Below are positions 16,433 to 24,729 of a DNA stretch of 39,197 nucleotides, piece after piece. A program made the position numbers and the translations under genes. Source of the stretch: a virus; IMG/VR virus record IMGVR_UViG_3300027944_000097; one strand, 5' to 3'. The notes under the pieces are model-generated. The model did no database searches, was not told the origin of the DNA, and worked only from the letters and a program-made list of their open reading frames with translations. How positions within the stretch are numbered: the stretch's first letter is position 1; each line of letters begins with the position of its first letter.

Positions 16433-17689
16433 TTACCTCTGGGCGATTTTGATCGACGTCGGTGGGACAAAGCCTGGATGACGAATGCGATTGCGCTGCA
16501 CAACTTCAGCTGAGCGTGTCGCATCACCGAAGCGCTGGTAGGCCAACACCAGTGCCGACATGGTTTCAGGTGGCGTGATGTCAACCAAACGCACGCCAGA
16601 TTCAGCAACGGCTGTGAGGTGTTTCACCAGCGCCTGGCGCAGCGAATTCATCACGACATAATGAGCGGGATCCGCTTTGAGCGATGCTTCGAAGATCGCA
16701 TCGCTGAGACTGTCGCGAAGCTTCAACACATCGTCGGCCACCGGAACTTCGGGCCGGACATCCGGCAAGATGGCCTGTTGCTCGACGCTCGGCGTCGAAC
16801 CGCCGGAGACGGGCTGTGAGGCGATCGGCATTTCACTGATGATCAGCGCCACCTGGACTAACAACGCATCCTGAACAAGATTTGCGGCCGCTTGGGCGGC
16901 GGCTTCCGAGTCAATACCGCCTGAAGGCACCACGGTATTGATGGAGGTCACCGCCCCGACCTGCTGGGTGATGGTAGCCACCGCGTTTTTGTAGCTCGAA
17001 CTGGTGTCGGCGAAAGCACTGTCCTGCAACGAAAACTCGCCGAAGTAACTGGAGAACAGCGACGACAGCGCCCCGGGTGAGTTCATCAGCGATTGAGCGA
17101 ACCCCACCAGATTGGTGAACACTCCAACAAATGGGGCGAACTGCTGCTGGATGACCGAGTAGACATTCGAAAGGCTATTGCGCAATCGAAGCAGCCCCAG
17201 CCGTGCTTGGTCTACCTTCGCCATTGCCAACTTGTATCGGCCCAACGCCGACGTCAGCATGCTATCCGACGCTTTCACCACCTGCTGCTGGCTGTTGACC
17301 TTGGCCGTCGGGAAGGTCAGCGGCTTGTCTGGGTAGAACGTCAGGTCAAAGCTGACCATGCCGCCGGCGGTCAGCTCGTGGGACACCTTGCAATCGCCCA
17401 CCTTGACCTGCATGCGGCCAAGCCAGGGGTGGACCAACTCGCCAGGGCCTGGGGTCTGCAATGCCTCAAGCAGCTTGTCGCGCCGCTCGAAGCAGTCATC
17501 ACCGATGACCCAGGCCGTCATCGTGTGGACCTGGGCCTGTTTGCCGAGCTGCTCGAAGAACGGCTCGTTCCGCTGCGGGTATTCGTGCAGCTGTCCTTTC
17601 TGGCCGACCGGCACCGACGTCTGAGGGATCAAAAAACTGATCCCACGGAACGCCGCCGGCAACAGGTCATCGCGCCACGTCCGTGCCAT
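16433..17689 (-). CDS. DNA circularisation protein N-terminal domain family (Mu gp43-like tail protein)
   Basis: The N-terminus W..DLLPAAFRGISF.......G.KGQLHEYPQRNEPFFEQLGK matches the family signature as I recall it. The gene follows the tape measure gene. Confidence 0.7.
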   Translation of the reverse strand: MARTWRDDLLPAAFRGISFLIPQTSVPVGQKGQLHEYPQRNEPFFEQLGKQAQVHTMTAWVIGDDCFERRDKLLEALQTPGPGELVHPWLGRMQVKVGDCKVSHELTAGGMVSFDLTFYPDKPLTFPTAKVNSQQQVVKASDSMLTSALGRYKLAMAKVDQARLGLLRLRNSLSNVYSVIQQQFAPFVGVFTNLVGFAQSLMNSPGALSSLFSSYFGEFSLQDSAFADTSSSYKNAVATITQQVGAVTSINTVVPSGGIDSEAAAQAAANLVQDALLVQVALIISEMPIASQPVSGGSTPSVEQQAILPDVRPEVPVADDVLKLRDSLSDAIFEASLKADPAHYVVMNSLRQALVKHLTAVAESGVRLVDITPPETMSALVLAYQRFGDATRSAEVVQRNRIRHPGFVPPTSIKIAQR

Positions 17690-17692
17690 GTT

Positions 17693-19708
17693 TTACCCCT
17701 TCATCACGCCAACGGTACGGGTACCGACGTTGGGCTTGATATTCAGCCCTGGCTGGTTGGTTTTCGGTCGCTCGATGGTCGTGCCAGGCGGCGCGCCGTT
17801 CAGGTTGATGTTCAGCTCACCGTTGAGCTTTTGCGCGTTGTTGGCCGCCGTCTGCTGTAGCAGCTGGTTGTTGTTGATGCCAAACGCCTCATTGTTCATC
17901 GCCTGGCGCGCCGCGGCAGATTGGGCCGCGCCGGCCAACAACAACTCTCCAGTACCACCGCCGGCACCCGCGTTGCGTTTTTGCTGGGCTTCGGTGAAAG
18001 CGTTCACCTTGTCCGTCGCGCTCTGGATGATGCCATCGCCACCATCCCCACCGCCGAACCACTTCATGATCGGCTCGATGATCGGCCGCAGCTTTTCCCA
18101 GAGTTGCTGGAACCAGGCTGTGATGGGGGCCCAGTTGTTGATGATCATGCCCAGCGGGGACCAGTCGAACATGGTCTTTAGGTAATCCATCACGGGGGTT
18201 GAAAGGGCCATAACCAAGTTCCAAGTGGCAGCGAAGAGCTTCGTCAGCGGCTCCCAGTTTTCCCTTATCAGCCCGATAGGCCCCCAATTTGCGAAGGCCT
18301 TCATCAACCCCCAAGCCGCGAGCACGGGCCCCTGGATCAGTTGCCAAACACGCTGAAAGTACGGCGCGACCGTAGACCAGTTGGCGATCAGCAAGCCAGC
18401 AGCCAACGCGATACCCTGGACTATGAGACCCACCACGGATTTTTTTGCGACACCATCAAATAACCTCATGGCAAAGATGGACGCAGTGACTGCCACTCGC
18501 AGTACCCCATAAGCCAGGGCAGCCCCCAAAACTCCCTTGATCAAACCTGGGTGCGCAGCTACAAGCGATGACAGCCCAGAAACCAGCGGGCCTACCAGGG
18601 TCATGAACTCATTGAACGGAGGCAGCAGCGCTGCCCCCACCTCAACTCCCAGGCGTGTGACTTTGTTGGTCAGCAGCTGCATGGAATTAGCAGTGGTCTT
18701 GGAGCGCGCAGCAAATTCTGTCTCCATGGAGCCAGCGAACTTGCCTCCGGCACCGACTGCGTCGAAGCTCTTTTTCAATAAATCCAGGTTGGTAAGCAAT
18801 GGCGCAATTGCCGATACCGACTCTGTACCGAACAACTCCGTCAGCAGGCCGGCCTGCTTGGCAGGGTCCACCTTTGCAATACGCTCAAGCACATCTTCAA
18901 TCGTGCCCTGGGCATCCTTCTGCATACTTTTGGCGACCTGCTTCACATCCAGGCGCAGTGACTTGAAGGCCTGAGCTTGTTGCTTGGTTGCTGCGCCGCC
19001 TTTTGTCAGCGCCAGCATGAAGTTTTTCATGCCGGTCGCCGCGACCTCACTGGGTACGCCAACGCCTGCCAGGGTTGCGCCCATCGCGGCGATCTGCCCG
19101 GAGGCCAGGCCCGCAATTGCGCCAAGTGGGCCGATGCGGGTCACAATGTCGGAGATCTGTGCCGCCGAGGACGGACCCACGTTGCTCAGGTAATTGATCT
19201 TATCGGCAAGGGCCACCACTTCTGGCTGGGTCAGTTTGAACGACGTACGCCACTTAGCCATCATGTCGCCCGACTGCTCGGCGGTCTGATCGAACGCGAT
19301 ACCCATCTTTACCGCGTCTTCGGCGAATTGCTTCAGCTCGCCCGCGGCGAAACCTGCCTGGCCGCCAGCGGCGACGATGGCCGCAATCCCTGTCGCTGCC
19401 ATCGGCAGCCGCTCAGACATGTCCAAGACGTCCTGGCCCATCTGCTCGAATTGCTTGGGCGTCTCAAAGGTGACAACTTTGCGAACGTCGGCCATGGCCG
19501 TTTCGAATTCCATCGCCGCTTTTGCGCCGGCAATGAATGGCGCGGCAAATGCCCCGCCCTGGACCAGATCCTTGAACCCGATGTTGCCCAGGCCTGAGCT
19601 GTTCATCTGCTTGCGGAAACCCGCAACGTTTTTGCGAATGCCCGCCAGCGTCGGCGACAGCTTGTCGACGCCGGTGATCAACGCCTTGAGCTGGAACTTA
19701 TCCGCCAT
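17693..19708 (-). CDS. Tail tape measure protein
   Basis: About 671 aa, Ala/Gly-rich and helical with hydrophobic segments. It lies 3' of the frameshifting chaperone pair. ATG at 19708 is preferred over GTG at 19711. Confidence 0.8.
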   Translation of the reverse strand: MADKFQLKALITGVDKLSPTLAGIRKNVAGFRKQMNSSGLGNIGFKDLVQGGAFAAPFIAGAKAAMEFETAMADVRKVVTFETPKQFEQMGQDVLDMSERLPMAATGIAAIVAAGGQAGFAAGELKQFAEDAVKMGIAFDQTAEQSGDMMAKWRTSFKLTQPEVVALADKINYLSNVGPSSAAQISDIVTRIGPLGAIAGLASGQIAAMGATLAGVGVPSEVAATGMKNFMLALTKGGAATKQQAQAFKSLRLDVKQVAKSMQKDAQGTIEDVLERIAKVDPAKQAGLLTELFGTESVSAIAPLLTNLDLLKKSFDAVGAGGKFAGSMETEFAARSKTTANSMQLLTNKVTRLGVEVGAALLPPFNEFMTLVGPLVSGLSSLVAAHPGLIKGVLGAALAYGVLRVAVTASIFAMRLFDGVAKKSVVGLIVQGIALAAGLLIANWSTVAPYFQRVWQLIQGPVLAAWGLMKAFANWGPIGLIRENWEPLTKLFAATWNLVMALSTPVMDYLKTMFDWSPLGMIINNWAPITAWFQQLWEKLRPIIEPIMKWFGGGDGGDGIIQSATDKVNAFTEAQQKRNAGAGGGTGELLLAGAAQSAAARQAMNNEAFGINNNQLLQQTAANNAQKLNGELNINLNGAPPGTTIERPKTNQPGLNIKPNVGTRTVGVMKG

Positions 19709-20135
19709 CACTGCACCTGCTGGGCTGCGTTAATTCGTTGGGCGTGCTCCAGGGATTCACAGAGCACATCCAGTGGCCTGGCCATCATCTGTTCGGGGTC
19801 AACCTTCCAGAACCAGGCCAGGTCATAGGCGGCTGCAATCAGGTCGCCGATGGCTGCGACGCCGCACTCATGAAAAAACCGGCGACGGCCCAGCTCAAGG
19901 CGTTCAGGTCGGACAGGTCCAACTGGTTGACCGAGGACGGCGGGATGCAGGCGCAGACTGCGATGTATTTCGCGGCGACGTCCATGTCCAGGCTGACTTC
20001 CTCGTTTTTGTCGATCTTGTACGGCAGCGCCTTGATGGCCCGCACTTCCTGCACCGTGGGCCGGCGCATGGTGAGTTCAGTGATCGGCTCGCCGTGAGCC
20101 TCAATCGCGACCTGAAGCTTCTGAACGTGACTCAT
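19708..20135 (-). CDS. Tail assembly chaperone, -1 frameshift fusion product (gpE+E'-like)
   Basis: The slippery site T TTT TTC is at 19878..19872 on the minus strand, in the X_XXY_YYZ register. The -1 frame is then open for 55 codons (HECGVAAIGDLIAAAYDLAWFWKVDPEQMMARPLDVLCESLEHAQRINAAQQVQ). It stops at a TGA (19708-19710) that overlaps the tape measure ATG. Confidence 0.7.
19839..20135 (-). CDS. Tail assembly chaperone (P2 gpE / Mu gp41-like), zero-frame product
   Basis: 98 aa, located between the tube and tape measure genes. It contains the slippery heptamer T_TTT_TTC near its 3' end. Confidence 0.75.
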   Translation of the reverse strand: MSHVQKLQVAIEAHGEPITELTMRRPTVQEVRAIKALPYKIDKNEEVSLDMDVAAKYIAVCACIPPSSVNQLDLSDLNALSWAVAGFFMSAASQPSAT

Positions 20136-20479
20136 TGCCAGCTCCCTTTGATGCCGTCGAATTGCAGTTCAACGGTGCCGTCGTCGCCTTTCGAGGTCGG
20201 CTCGTCTACCAGGTAGGCACCGGCCAGGACGTAGACCGAACCGTTGCTGAATTCGCAGGTGACGGTCATATCGCGACCGTTGGTGAGCGCCTTGATGGGG
20301 AAGTTCGGGGTATGCACAGCGGTCATCTTCAGGTAGGCCGCCAGCTCCTCCTCCTTGAAGTAGCCGGGGTATATCGTTTCCCGTTTCTTATCCATCAGTG
20401 GGGCTTCGGCGCCACCGGTGATGATCAGCTGTTCGCCGTCGACTTTGACGTAGACGGTGCCCGCTACTTTTTGACCCAT
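20132..20479 (-). CDS. Contractile tail tube protein
   Basis: 115 aa, located directly after the sheath gene. The stop overlaps the chaperone start. The sequence is typical of Mu-type tube proteins. Confidence 0.7.
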   Translation of the reverse strand: MGQKVAGTVYVKVDGEQLIITGGAEAPLMDKKRETIYPGYFKEEELAAYLKMTAVHTPNFPIKALTNGRDMTVTCEFSNGSVYVLAGAYLVDEPTSKGDDGTVELQFDGIKGSWQ

Positions 20480-20497
20480 GGTCTGTGTCTCCAGAAT

Positions 20498-20520
20498 GAA
20501 AAAGCCCGCACAGGGCGGGC
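20498..20520 (-). terminator. Terminator-like hairpin between the sheath and tube genes
   Basis: The minus strand reads gcccgc-cctgt-gcgggc followed by tttttc. Confidence 0.55.
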
Positions 20521-20539
20521 GGGGTGTCGTGGGTCGGGG

Positions 20540-22042
20540 TTACGCCGCTTCGTCGTATTGCAGGCGGAACTGATTGAGCAGCGCGAAGATGCGCAGGCCA
20601 TTGATGTAGTCCGGCGGGAACAGCACGTTGACCCGGCTAGGGTCCTGCGTGTCGCGCTCGACCACCAGGTGCTGCGCGAACAGCTCGGCATTTTCCACGT
20701 GCCCTTCCAGCTCGAGCTTGGCGTACTGCGCGATCAGCTCACCGCGGATAACCGCCGGGGTGACGATCGGCTGGCCGGCGCCGAACGCAGTGCCGTCGCT
20801 CGCCAGCTTGTGGCGACCGTACTTGCTGGTGATCACGCTGCGCATCCGGCGAATGATAAACGCCGACTGGTGCATGGTTTCGCTGTCCAGGTAGGAGTTG
20901 TCTGCCTGGCCGTAGGGATTCTTCTGATAGGTGGTGATCGAGCGCTGAATGCGCACGTAACCACCCTCGTAATACGCCGTGGCGATACCGTAGGTCAGCA
21001 AAGACTGACGCTCAGTCAGGGTGAACCGTTCACTGGCCGGCGCTGGGTCCAGGCCTGGCAGGCTCCCGCTCTGGGTGGGCCGGCTTGCATCCGCCGAGAT
21101 GAACACGGCCGTGCGCCCAGCCAATGCGGCCGCCTGCTCCCACACCGGCTGCGGAACGCCCGTCTCGACAGCCTGGATGGTGACGTGCTGGTCGTTGCGT
21201 GTCTGGCCTGCCGCCACCAGGGTACCGATGGTGCCGCGCTTGGCGCTGTAGACATGGCCGAAAAGCTGCTTGGCCCAGGACCAACGCCCGGTGTTGTCGT
21301 CCATCGTGTCCTTCCAGACATTCAGGCTGGTCGTGTCGGTCCATGGCATACAGATGAATTCGAACGGCTCATCACCCAGGGCCGCCGCGGCGTCCACCTG
21401 ATCAGGCACGCCGACGCCACCAGCCATTACTGTGGTGACGACGGTCAGGCCCGCCGGGGTCATTTCGCCGTTTGACTTGCCCAGGCGGTTCATGGCGATG
21501 GAGATGTCGTTACCACTTTCGCCTGTCCACTTGCAGGACAACGTCACCACACCGGCAACCGCCGCAGCCGTGACAGGTAAGTCTGGCGTTGCGTTGATTT
21601 TCACCGCCAGGGCAGCAGCGGCTACCGTTGGGGTTGCTGCGGAAGGCACAACGGACTGAACCCGGGTGCCACCGACGTACAAGTTCAGCAGGCCGGCCTC
21701 GGTCGCAGCGCCGGTGATGGTGATGGTGATGGTCGATGTCGCCACGGCGCCCGTGTCGTTCTGCAACGGCATGCACCAGATCTCGCCGATGGGGTCGACC
21801 TTACGCCAGGTTTCGTACATCGCGGCGAGCATGGAGCCCTGGCCGCCGATTTCTTTCGCCAGTGCCACGCTGGACACCAGAACCAGCTGGCCGATGCTTT
21901 CGCTGGTCGCGTTGTCGTTGACCTGGCCGACGATCAACCGGCGCATGGCCGACGATGCGCTGTTGGCCGCCGAGTTGTCCATCTCCGCATAGAACAACGG
22001 CACACGGATATCGGCCGGGATGTTGCTGAATCCGATAGCCAT
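20540..22042 (-). CDS. Contractile tail sheath protein
   Basis: 500 aa. The N-terminus MAIGFSNIPADIRVPLFYAEMDNS is typical of Mu/P2-type sheath proteins. The position also fits. Confidence 0.8.
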   Translation of the reverse strand: MAIGFSNIPADIRVPLFYAEMDNSAANSASSAMRRLIVGQVNDNATSESIGQLVLVSSVALAKEIGGQGSMLAAMYETWRKVDPIGEIWCMPLQNDTGAVATSTITITITGAATEAGLLNLYVGGTRVQSVVPSAATPTVAAAALAVKINATPDLPVTAAAVAGVVTLSCKWTGESGNDISIAMNRLGKSNGEMTPAGLTVVTTVMAGGVGVPDQVDAAAALGDEPFEFICMPWTDTTSLNVWKDTMDDNTGRWSWAKQLFGHVYSAKRGTIGTLVAAGQTRNDQHVTIQAVETGVPQPVWEQAAALAGRTAVFISADASRPTQSGSLPGLDPAPASERFTLTERQSLLTYGIATAYYEGGYVRIQRSITTYQKNPYGQADNSYLDSETMHQSAFIIRRMRSVITSKYGRHKLASDGTAFGAGQPIVTPAVIRGELIAQYAKLELEGHVENAELFAQHLVVERDTQDPSRVNVLFPPDYINGLRIFALLNQFRLQYDEAA

Positions 22043-22248
22043 TATTGCGCTTCCTCAGATTTCGCCGGCGCGCCAGCTTTGGTGGATGGGGCCTTATCGG
22101 CTTTCAGGGTCACGTCGCCATCGGCCTGACGGCGGCGCCACCAGGCGTTGTCCGGAACCTCTCGGCCTTCCTTGGGCAACAGGTCGCCGGCCTCCGGGTC
22201 GGGCACAGAACGGCCAGAGGCCGGCACCACAGTGATGCGATTGGTCAT
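22042..22248 (-). CDS. DUF2635-like small protein (Mu gp38-like)
   Basis: 68 aa, located immediately 5' of the sheath gene. The stop and start overlap the neighbouring genes. Confidence 0.5.
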   Translation of the reverse strand: MTNRITVVPASGRSVPDPEAGDLLPKEGREVPDNAWWRRRQADGDVTLKADKAPSTKAGAPAKSEEAQ

Positions 22249-22835
22249 GGTGTTACGTCTCCAGTGAATTGCGCTTCGATGCGCCCGTCCGGGCCAGGTC
22301 GTTTCAGGTTGGGGTCTGCTGGGTCGATGCAGTCCATGTTAAAGTTCGCGCCGGTGAAGCCCGGCAGGCCGTCCAACTCGGCTTCCTGCCAAGTCTCCGG
22401 CGGGTCGCTCGCGCGGTTTCGGCCAAGCTGGAATTCCGAGAAGAAGGTAAACTGATAAACGACCCGAGCGCGGCTGATGTGCAGCAACGCGCCCTTGCCG
22501 TATTCGATGCGGGTGTACTCCGGCCCAGGCACCCAGCCGACCAGCGACCGCCACAGCTCGGCGCGGATGTCGTGCAACAGGTCATTGTCTTCTTGTCCGC
22601 GCTCGTCGGAAGTAGCCAGGACAATCACGACGTTGAATTGGTCCGTGATGTTCTGAAGAACCATGTTCTGGGCTTTGCTGGGTGTTGCCGCGTCCGCCGT
22701 AGCAATGACGTAGGCGGCCGGCAAGGCGAGCTGGGCGCTATCGACGACGGCATCCCAGTCGATGCCGCCAGTCACCCGATCGGCAAAGGTTGGGCACGTC
22801 AGCCGCAGATGGGCAACGATGGGGTTCAGTTTCAT
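22245..22835 (-). CDS. Tail completion / neck protein (Mu gp37-like)
   Basis: The start was reset to the ATG at 22835 (MKLNPIVAHLR..). The gene lies between the head-completion genes and the sheath module. Confidence 0.4.
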   Translation of the reverse strand: MKLNPIVAHLRLTCPTFADRVTGGIDWDAVVDSAQLALPAAYVIATADAATPSKAQNMVLQNITDQFNVVIVLATSDERGQEDNDLLHDIRAELWRSLVGWVPGPEYTRIEYGKGALLHISRARVVYQFTFFSEFQLGRNRASDPPETWQEAELDGLPGFTGANFNMDCIDPADPNLKRPGPDGRIEAQFTGDVTP

Positions 22836-22858
22836 GCTTGAGTCCGTTGGGGCAGTGA

Positions 22859-23380
22859 TCAGCCCAGTGCGGCGGCGAATGCTGCCGAGAGAATCGATTG
22901 AACCTGCGACGCTGAGTCCTGCAGGGCATCGGCCATGTAGTTGTCGCGGGGCTGAATGCGCCACTCACCCGCAGCGCGCTCCGCCATGAGGCGGGCCCGA
23001 ACACCGGCGGCGCGCCGGTTCTTCCTGCCCTTCCCCTTGCCCGGCGCGAGCTTGCCGGGCCTCCGCCCTTGCTTGACGCCATAGTGAAGGTAGGCCGGGT
23101 AGAACTCTTCCATTGCCGAGGTTTTTGTCGGCGATATCCGCACTAGAAATCCCGAGCGGGACACCTTGAAGGTGACCGATTCGACTGTCGCGCCCGTTCT
23201 GTTAACGGGGTAACCGTCCTGGCCCTTTCCCAGCACCAGGTTCATCTGGGCGCGCTGAGTGACAAGCAAGCCGACCTTTCTCATGCCGGCCCGGATTTTC
23301 CTCTTGTCAAAAGCGTCACGCTCAAACTTGTCGAACCCTTCGAAGTGCAGATAACCCTCAACCGAGGCCGAGTTAGACAT
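22859..23380 (-). CDS. HK97 gp10-family head-tail joining protein
   Basis: The start was reset to the ATG at 23380 (MSNSASVEG..), which overlaps the upstream stop by 8 nt. Position and size fit the gp10-like family. Confidence 0.5.
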   Translation of the reverse strand: MSNSASVEGYLHFEGFDKFERDAFDKRKIRAGMRKVGLLVTQRAQMNLVLGKGQDGYPVNRTGATVESVTFKVSRSGFLVRISPTKTSAMEEFYPAYLHYGVKQGRRPGKLAPGKGKGRKNRRAAGVRARLMAERAAGEWRIQPRDNYMADALQDSASQVQSILSAAFAAALG

Positions 23381-23753
23381 AAATTCCGCCCTCCGCTTGC
23401 ACCGGCCCCAGCTCTTCCACTTCAAGAACGGTGAACCGTCGATCTCCATTCATATCCGTCACCCGCCGCACTCTGTACAGCGTCGTGCCGTGCAGTACTT
23501 CGTGGGCGTCGCTGATGCCTTTGAGGAAGTAGAAAGTTATCCGGTGAGTGATCTTGGAATCGGTCTGTACTCCGGCGCTATAGACGGCTGTTCCAACGGG
23601 TTGAATCCGGGCCCACCGCTCTTTCTGATCCACGAAAATCGGGGCGAGCCCCATATCACTTGCCGGTGCATCCTGCCTAAGCCTGATAGTAATGCGCCGG
23701 TTAAGTTCCGAAGCGCCGGGCTCCCTGACCATTCCCTGCTCACGCATGACCAT
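23373..23753 (-). CDS. Head-tail adaptor / head closure protein
   Basis: 126 aa. The pattern LNRRITI......W A.IQP.......G......THRITF.......L....LYRV..V.D is typical of phage head-tail joining proteins. Confidence 0.6.
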   Translation of the reverse strand: MVMREQGMVREPGASELNRRITIRLRQDAPASDMGLAPIFVDQKERWARIQPVGTAVYSAGVQTDSKITHRITFYFLKGISDAHEVLHGTTLYRVRRVTDMNGDRRFTVLEVEELGPVQAEGGIYV

Positions 23754-23755
23754 AA

Positions 23756-24307
23756 TCAGAACCTCGGCGGAACGGTGATATCGGCCACCAGGTGCTCCAG
23801 GAAGTGCGACGGGAGCTCAACGAGCGCCTGGCCGACGACAAATACCTCAGCATGGCGCACCGCAGTCGCAGCTGCCATCAGCAGCCAATTGCGGACACTT
23901 GGATAGGCTTCAAGGTCGGCTTGCGCCTTGTATCGAAGACGCAACACCCCGGATGGGCGCCCGGCGGGGAAAAACAAACAGCTCTCTCGCTGACCCTGCC
24001 GGAGCTCGAACGGCCCAGTTTGTTCCACCCAGCTCCCATCAGGTTGCTGCGCGGCGATAGAGAGGATTTCGTTCGCTTGACCAATGTCCAAGGGCCGCCC
24101 CGCTTCGAAGTGCATCGGCCACTCCTCTTCGTAAATCGCCCCGCGGATTGCAGCGCCTGTTTTCGATTCGCACTGACCCGTCACACCTGGGATAACGATT
24201 TGCTCGATCAACTCAGGTTGCATATCTTCCGGCTCCATCCGACATTGATATGCAACCTGAGCCAGTGTCAGGACGGGATCGCCGAAGTACTCGATTCGAC
24301 GGGCCAT
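23756..24307 (-). CDS. gp6-like head-tail connector protein
   Basis: 183 aa. The N-terminus ..LTLAQVAYQCRMEPED...ELIEQIVIPGV is typical of this family. The gene lies downstream of the capsid gene. Confidence 0.55.
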   Translation of the reverse strand: MARRIEYFGDPVLTLAQVAYQCRMEPEDMQPELIEQIVIPGVTGQCESKTGAAIRGAIYEEEWPMHFEAGRPLDIGQANEILSIAAQQPDGSWVEQTGPFELRQGQRESCLFFPAGRPSGVLRLRYKAQADLEAYPSVRNWLLMAAATAVRHAEVFVVGQALVELPSHFLEHLVADITVPPRF

Positions 24308-24310
24308 GGC

Positions 24311-24679
24311 TTAGGGCTTCTCGTCGGGTTCTTCGGGATCAACCGGGTCAACCGGGTCAACCGGGTCAACTGGGTCAACCGGGTCTACTGGGTCTACTGG
24401 GTCAACCGGGTCTACTGGGTCTACTGGGTCTACTGGGTCAACTGGACCTACTGAATTAACTGGATCTACCGGGTCAGTCGATTTACCGCCTTTCTTCCCT
24501 GCTGTTTTCTTCGCACCACTAGCTACAGGTGCCTTATCAGGCCCGCCAGGGGCTACATAAGCTGTTGCGCGTCCCGACTTGATCAGCGAGGCGGCAGCAT
24601 CGCTATCGAAACCCGCGATTTCCCCAATGGCATAACCACGCCATTCCTTTTTGAAGGTGACAATCTTCGTGTCGGTCAT
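24311..24679 (-). CDS. Small head-module protein with a C-terminal (Pro-Val-Asp)n repeat tail
   Basis: 122 aa from the ATG at 24679 ([11 protein letters not shown]..). The C-terminus is [22 protein letters not shown]...PEEPDEKP, encoded by 9-bp tandem repeats. Confidence 0.55.
   Translation of the reverse strand: MTDTKIVTFKKEWRGYAIGEIAGFDSDAAASLIKSGRATAYVAPGGPDKAPVASGAKKTAGKKGGKSTDPVDPVNSVGPVDPVDPVDPVDPVDPVDPVDPVDPVDPVDPVDPVDPEEPDEKP
24335..24476. repeat. 9-bp tandem repeat array (about 16 units; variants cgggtcaac and tgggtctac)
   Basis: Read directly: gggatcaac cgggtcaac cgggtcaac cgggtcaac tgggtcaac cgggtctac tgggtctac ... The array is in frame with ORF 24311..24679 and encodes PVD/DPV repeats. 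Confidence 0.9.
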
Positions 24680-24701
24680 GATGCTACCTGTATAGGAAAT
24701 T

Positions 24702-24723
24702 GGCTCCGCACACGGGCGGAGCC
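24702..24723 (-). terminator. Hairpin after the major capsid gene (attenuator or RNA-stability element)
   Basis: ggctccgc (24702-24709) pairs with gcggagcc (24716-24723). Only a weak U-tract follows on the minus strand (aatttcc). Confidence 0.4.
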
Positions 24724-24729
24724 TAGGGA

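Noticed and set aside
20135-21475. Long plus-strand ORF (446 aa) antisense to the tail sheath/tube genes. Similar long antisense ORFs occur at 34023..35303, 28692..29705, 4283..5176, 779..1516, 17093..17860, 13608..14165 and 26352..27020.
   Set aside because: They lie opposite genes with clear family motifs. They are Arg/Pro/Gly/His-rich low-complexity translations typical of stop-poor antisense frames in high-GC DNA. They have no RBS or coupling context.
24250-24459. Plus-strand ORFs translating the 9-bp repeat as collagen-like [12 protein letters not shown] (24250..24459) or [10 protein letters not shown] repeats (the tail of 23792..24454).
   Set aside because: These are frame artefacts of the tandem repeat. 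The minus-strand frame is continuous with a properly started ORF in the head operon.
24335-24476. Could the periodic array be a CRISPR or other spacer-repeat locus?
   Set aside because: The period is only 9 bp, there are no unique spacers, and the array lies in frame within a coding sequence.
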